Part shown: one piece after another, positions 61,095 through 64,000 of the stretch
How positions within the stretch are numbered: the stretch's first letter is position 1
How the letters are laid out: the number at the start of each line of letters is the position of its first letter
Assembly: GCF_006345805.1 (NCBI RefSeq)
Contig: NW_021833298.1
Location: 1 to 64,000 of the forward strand
Origin: Octopus sinensis
Lineage: Eukaryota
Direction of reading: 5' to 3'
DNA: 64,000 nt
Notes under the pieces: generated by a model
The model's input: the letters and a program-made list of their open reading frames with translations, nothing else
Told to the model about the DNA's origin: nothing
Databases searched by the model: none
Translations under genes and position numbers: made by a program

Positions 61095-61190
61095 GGCCGG
61101 TTTATGGGGTTAGCGAGGTCTCAGGCCAGCAGCAGTGTTTGGGGTCTGAAGATATGAGCGAGAAACCCAGAGTAACCCCATAAACCGGCC
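61095..61190 (+). other. 18-bp perfect inverted repeat enclosing a hammerhead-like motif
   Basis: GGCCGGTTTATGGGGTTA (61095-61112) and TAACCCCATAAACCGGCC (61173-61190). Confidence 0.7.
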
Positions 61191-61486
61191 CACTCCACCA
61201 TAATATATATATAAATAAATTTAAAATGAGGGTGAGAAATTGGATATTAATTTAATTAACATCAATTTAACACCAGTGGTCTAGTATATTAAAATCTGAA
61301 GGTTCAGTAAATTGTATTATATACACATGAGAGGGATGACCGCTATGTGGACAACCCTTATGCTAGAAGTAGAGCAGCTATGGTCTTACCACTAAGAAAT
61401 GTTCTTAAGAAGAATTTAGCAAACACCAGAACTTTTCATTTGTTTTGCTCGCTTACGCTCTGGTGTTTGCTAAATTCTTCTCATAT

Positions 61487-61596
<110 letters not shown>

Positions 61597-62904
61597 TGAA
61601 CGAAAGCGCTAATATATGTTACATGATGTATAAAAACATGTAATATACAAATGAATATCTGTAGCTATAAAACCATCCGAACTTCTGAGTATCTCATTTC
61701 TTCTAATATAAAATAGCTGTACATCATCTCCAAACCTTCTAATATATATATGTGTGTGTATGTAAGTATATATGTACAAAAGGAAGTAACTGATAAAGAA
61801 AGAAAGAAAGTTTTAAGGGGAAATACACGGTGAAAGTAAGGTAGGATTTCACTCTCAGTGTTTTGTCAATCGCCTCGCTGAAACTTATCTGATTTTCCCC
61901 AATGGTGGCCACTGATTGGCGTGTCGACCCCTCCCCGCCTCAAACCTTCAATTTGTGGCTACACGCGTATACACACACACACACACACACACAAACTAGC
62001 CCTCCGCCGGTTGAAACCGACGGAGGTTCCAGCTAATCCGATCAACGGAACATCCTGTTCGTGAAATTCACACGCGTAGCCTTAATGTATTTCTCAGGTT
62101 CTCCTCATTTTCTGCCAGTTGACTGAAATGGACCGACTTAAAATAAGGGCAATCAATCGGAATAAGTCCGAGACTTGTCCAGATTCGTTCGTTTGCTTCC
62201 GTCTACGTGACAGCACGTTCTTGTCAACTGCAGGCATGAAATATTGTCACTAATACGGATTTTTCGACGTCGATCTCGTTTTCTTCTTGGAAATTTACAG
62301 ATTTTACATATACAAATGAAGGAGGTAAGGACGAGCCCTAGCCGCATACACATACACGCCGCACAAAAGGGTATACGTACATACATACATACATACAAAA
62401 ATACCCTGTTGTTGATGTTGAAATTCCAATGAAGGAACTTTGGATCTAGGTTAGAAACTGGTTCTTTCTCTATTGGCAAGAAATCTTGGAATGAACTGAA
62501 TAATGACCTTATAAATAGGCAAGGCTTTTCTCAAGCTTCGAATGCTACATTGTATCTGTTATCGACATCCCACATGCATACATACAGAAGACAAGTGTGT
62601 ATATGTATGTGCATCGAAAAAGCCGTATTAGTGATACTATTCAATGGGTTTACTGTTGACGGCACGTGCTGTCACGCATACGGAAACTAACGAACGAATC
62701 TTGTCGAGTCTGAGACTTATTCCGATCGATTGCCAAAATGAAATAAGGTGTCTTGCTCAAGGACAACGCTCCAACAGGATTCGAACTCAAGACCTTACGA
62801 TCGTGAGCCGAATGCCTTAAGCACGAAGCCATGTGGTATATACACATATATAATACATGTGTAGCGTGGTTACTACAAACACTTGGTGTCAGTTTATATG
62901 CATA

Positions 62905-64000
62905 TAGTCAACACCATCATCATCATCATCGTCGTCGTCGTCGTTTAACGTCCGCTTTCCATGCTGGCATGGGTTGGACAGCTTGTCTGGGGACTGGCAA
63001 GCCAGGAGGCTGCACCAGGCTCCAGTCTGATCTGGCAGAGTTTCTACAGCTGGATGCCCTTCCTAACGTCAATCACTCCAAGAGTGTAGTGGGTGCTTTT
63101 AATGTGCCACCGGTGCGGAGGCCAGTTAGGTGGCACTGGCATCAACCACACTCAAAGGGTGCTTTTTATGTGCACCAGGCACGGGAGCCAGTCAGGCAGC
63201 ACAAGCAATAACTACACTTGAATAATGCTTTTTACATGCCACCAGCATGGGTACCAGTCGCGGGACTGGCATCTGCCACGTCAACGATTTCACTTAACTC
63301 ATCAAGTTTTCTCAAGCATAATGCTCAATGATTGAAGGGTACTCTTAAATGGGCCAGTTCTGTGACACTGACATAGGCCATAGCTATGGGCTCACTTGGC
63401 ATGCCTGTTCTTCTCAAGCACAGCGTATCTCCAAAGGTCTCGGTCACTTGTCATCACCTCCGTGAGGCCCAACGTTTGATGGTTGTGCTTCACCACCTCA
63501 TCTCAGGTCTTCCTGGGTCTACTACTTCCACAGGTTCCCTCCACTGTTAGAGTGTGACACTTTTTCACACAACTGACCTCATCCATTAGTGTCTCATGAC
63601 CATACCAGTCGTCTCTCTTGCACACCACATCTGATGCTTCTTAAGTCCAACTCTTCTCTTAGGCCACTTACACTCTGTTGTGTATGCACACTGACATTAC
63701 ACATCCAGTGGAGCATACAAGCTTCATTTATTGCAAGCTTACGCATGTCCTCAGCAGTCACATCCCATGTAGCATGACTGTTCACATGCATGCGTCATAC
63801 AGTCTGCCTTTCACTCTGAGTGAGAGGCCCTTTGTTACCAGCAGAGGTAGGAGCTTTCTGAACTTTGCCCAGGATATGCTTATTCTAACAGTTATGCTCT
63901 CAGAGCATTCACCCCCTACTACTGGGTTGGTCACCTAGGTAACAGAAGCTGTCAACTACTTCTAGTTTTTCACCCTGGAATGTGATGTAATTTGTTTTCT
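62905..64000 (-). mobile_element. RTE LINE 3' portion running off the window
   Basis: 3'UTR and RT C-terminus; close to 24310-25590. Confidence 0.92.

Noticed and set aside
61830-61960. Inverted CCAAT pair and GC box as a second, divergent promoter
   Set aside because: No downstream exon could be linked, and the region is surrounded by repeats.

Overview
Eukaryotic, repeat-rich genomic DNA. The repeat content (RTE LINEs with (GAT)n tails, tRNA-SINEs, Penelope remnants, long AAT/TA tracts) points to an octopus or other coleoid cephalopod; this is inference from familiarity, not a database match. Almost the whole window is one minus-strand gene, reconstructed by hand from GT-AG sites and exon phases: a macrodomain mono-ADP-ribosyltransferase with PARP15-like architecture (macro-macro-PARP catalytic, no WWE, H-Y-I triad, about 651 aa). 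It has 13 candidate coding exons from ~40714 down to the stop at 10-12. A probable non-coding first exon ends at 60792, inside a cluster of IRF-E/ISRE-, GAS-, CRE- and CCAAT-like motifs. The two macrodomains come from an internal duplication of a 4-exon module. The copies look homogenised in their introns (~98% identical) but differ by replacement changes clustered at the ADP-ribose-binding loop. One exon carries a +1 frameshift. The introns hold RTE, CR1, R4-like, Tx1/L1, Penelope, mariner, hAT and Helitron elements, an LTR-like pair and a 6.3-kb 166-bp satellite. They also hold several long fold-back hairpins, two of which are head-to-head copies of hammerhead-ribozyme-bearing units, plus other hammerhead-like motifs.
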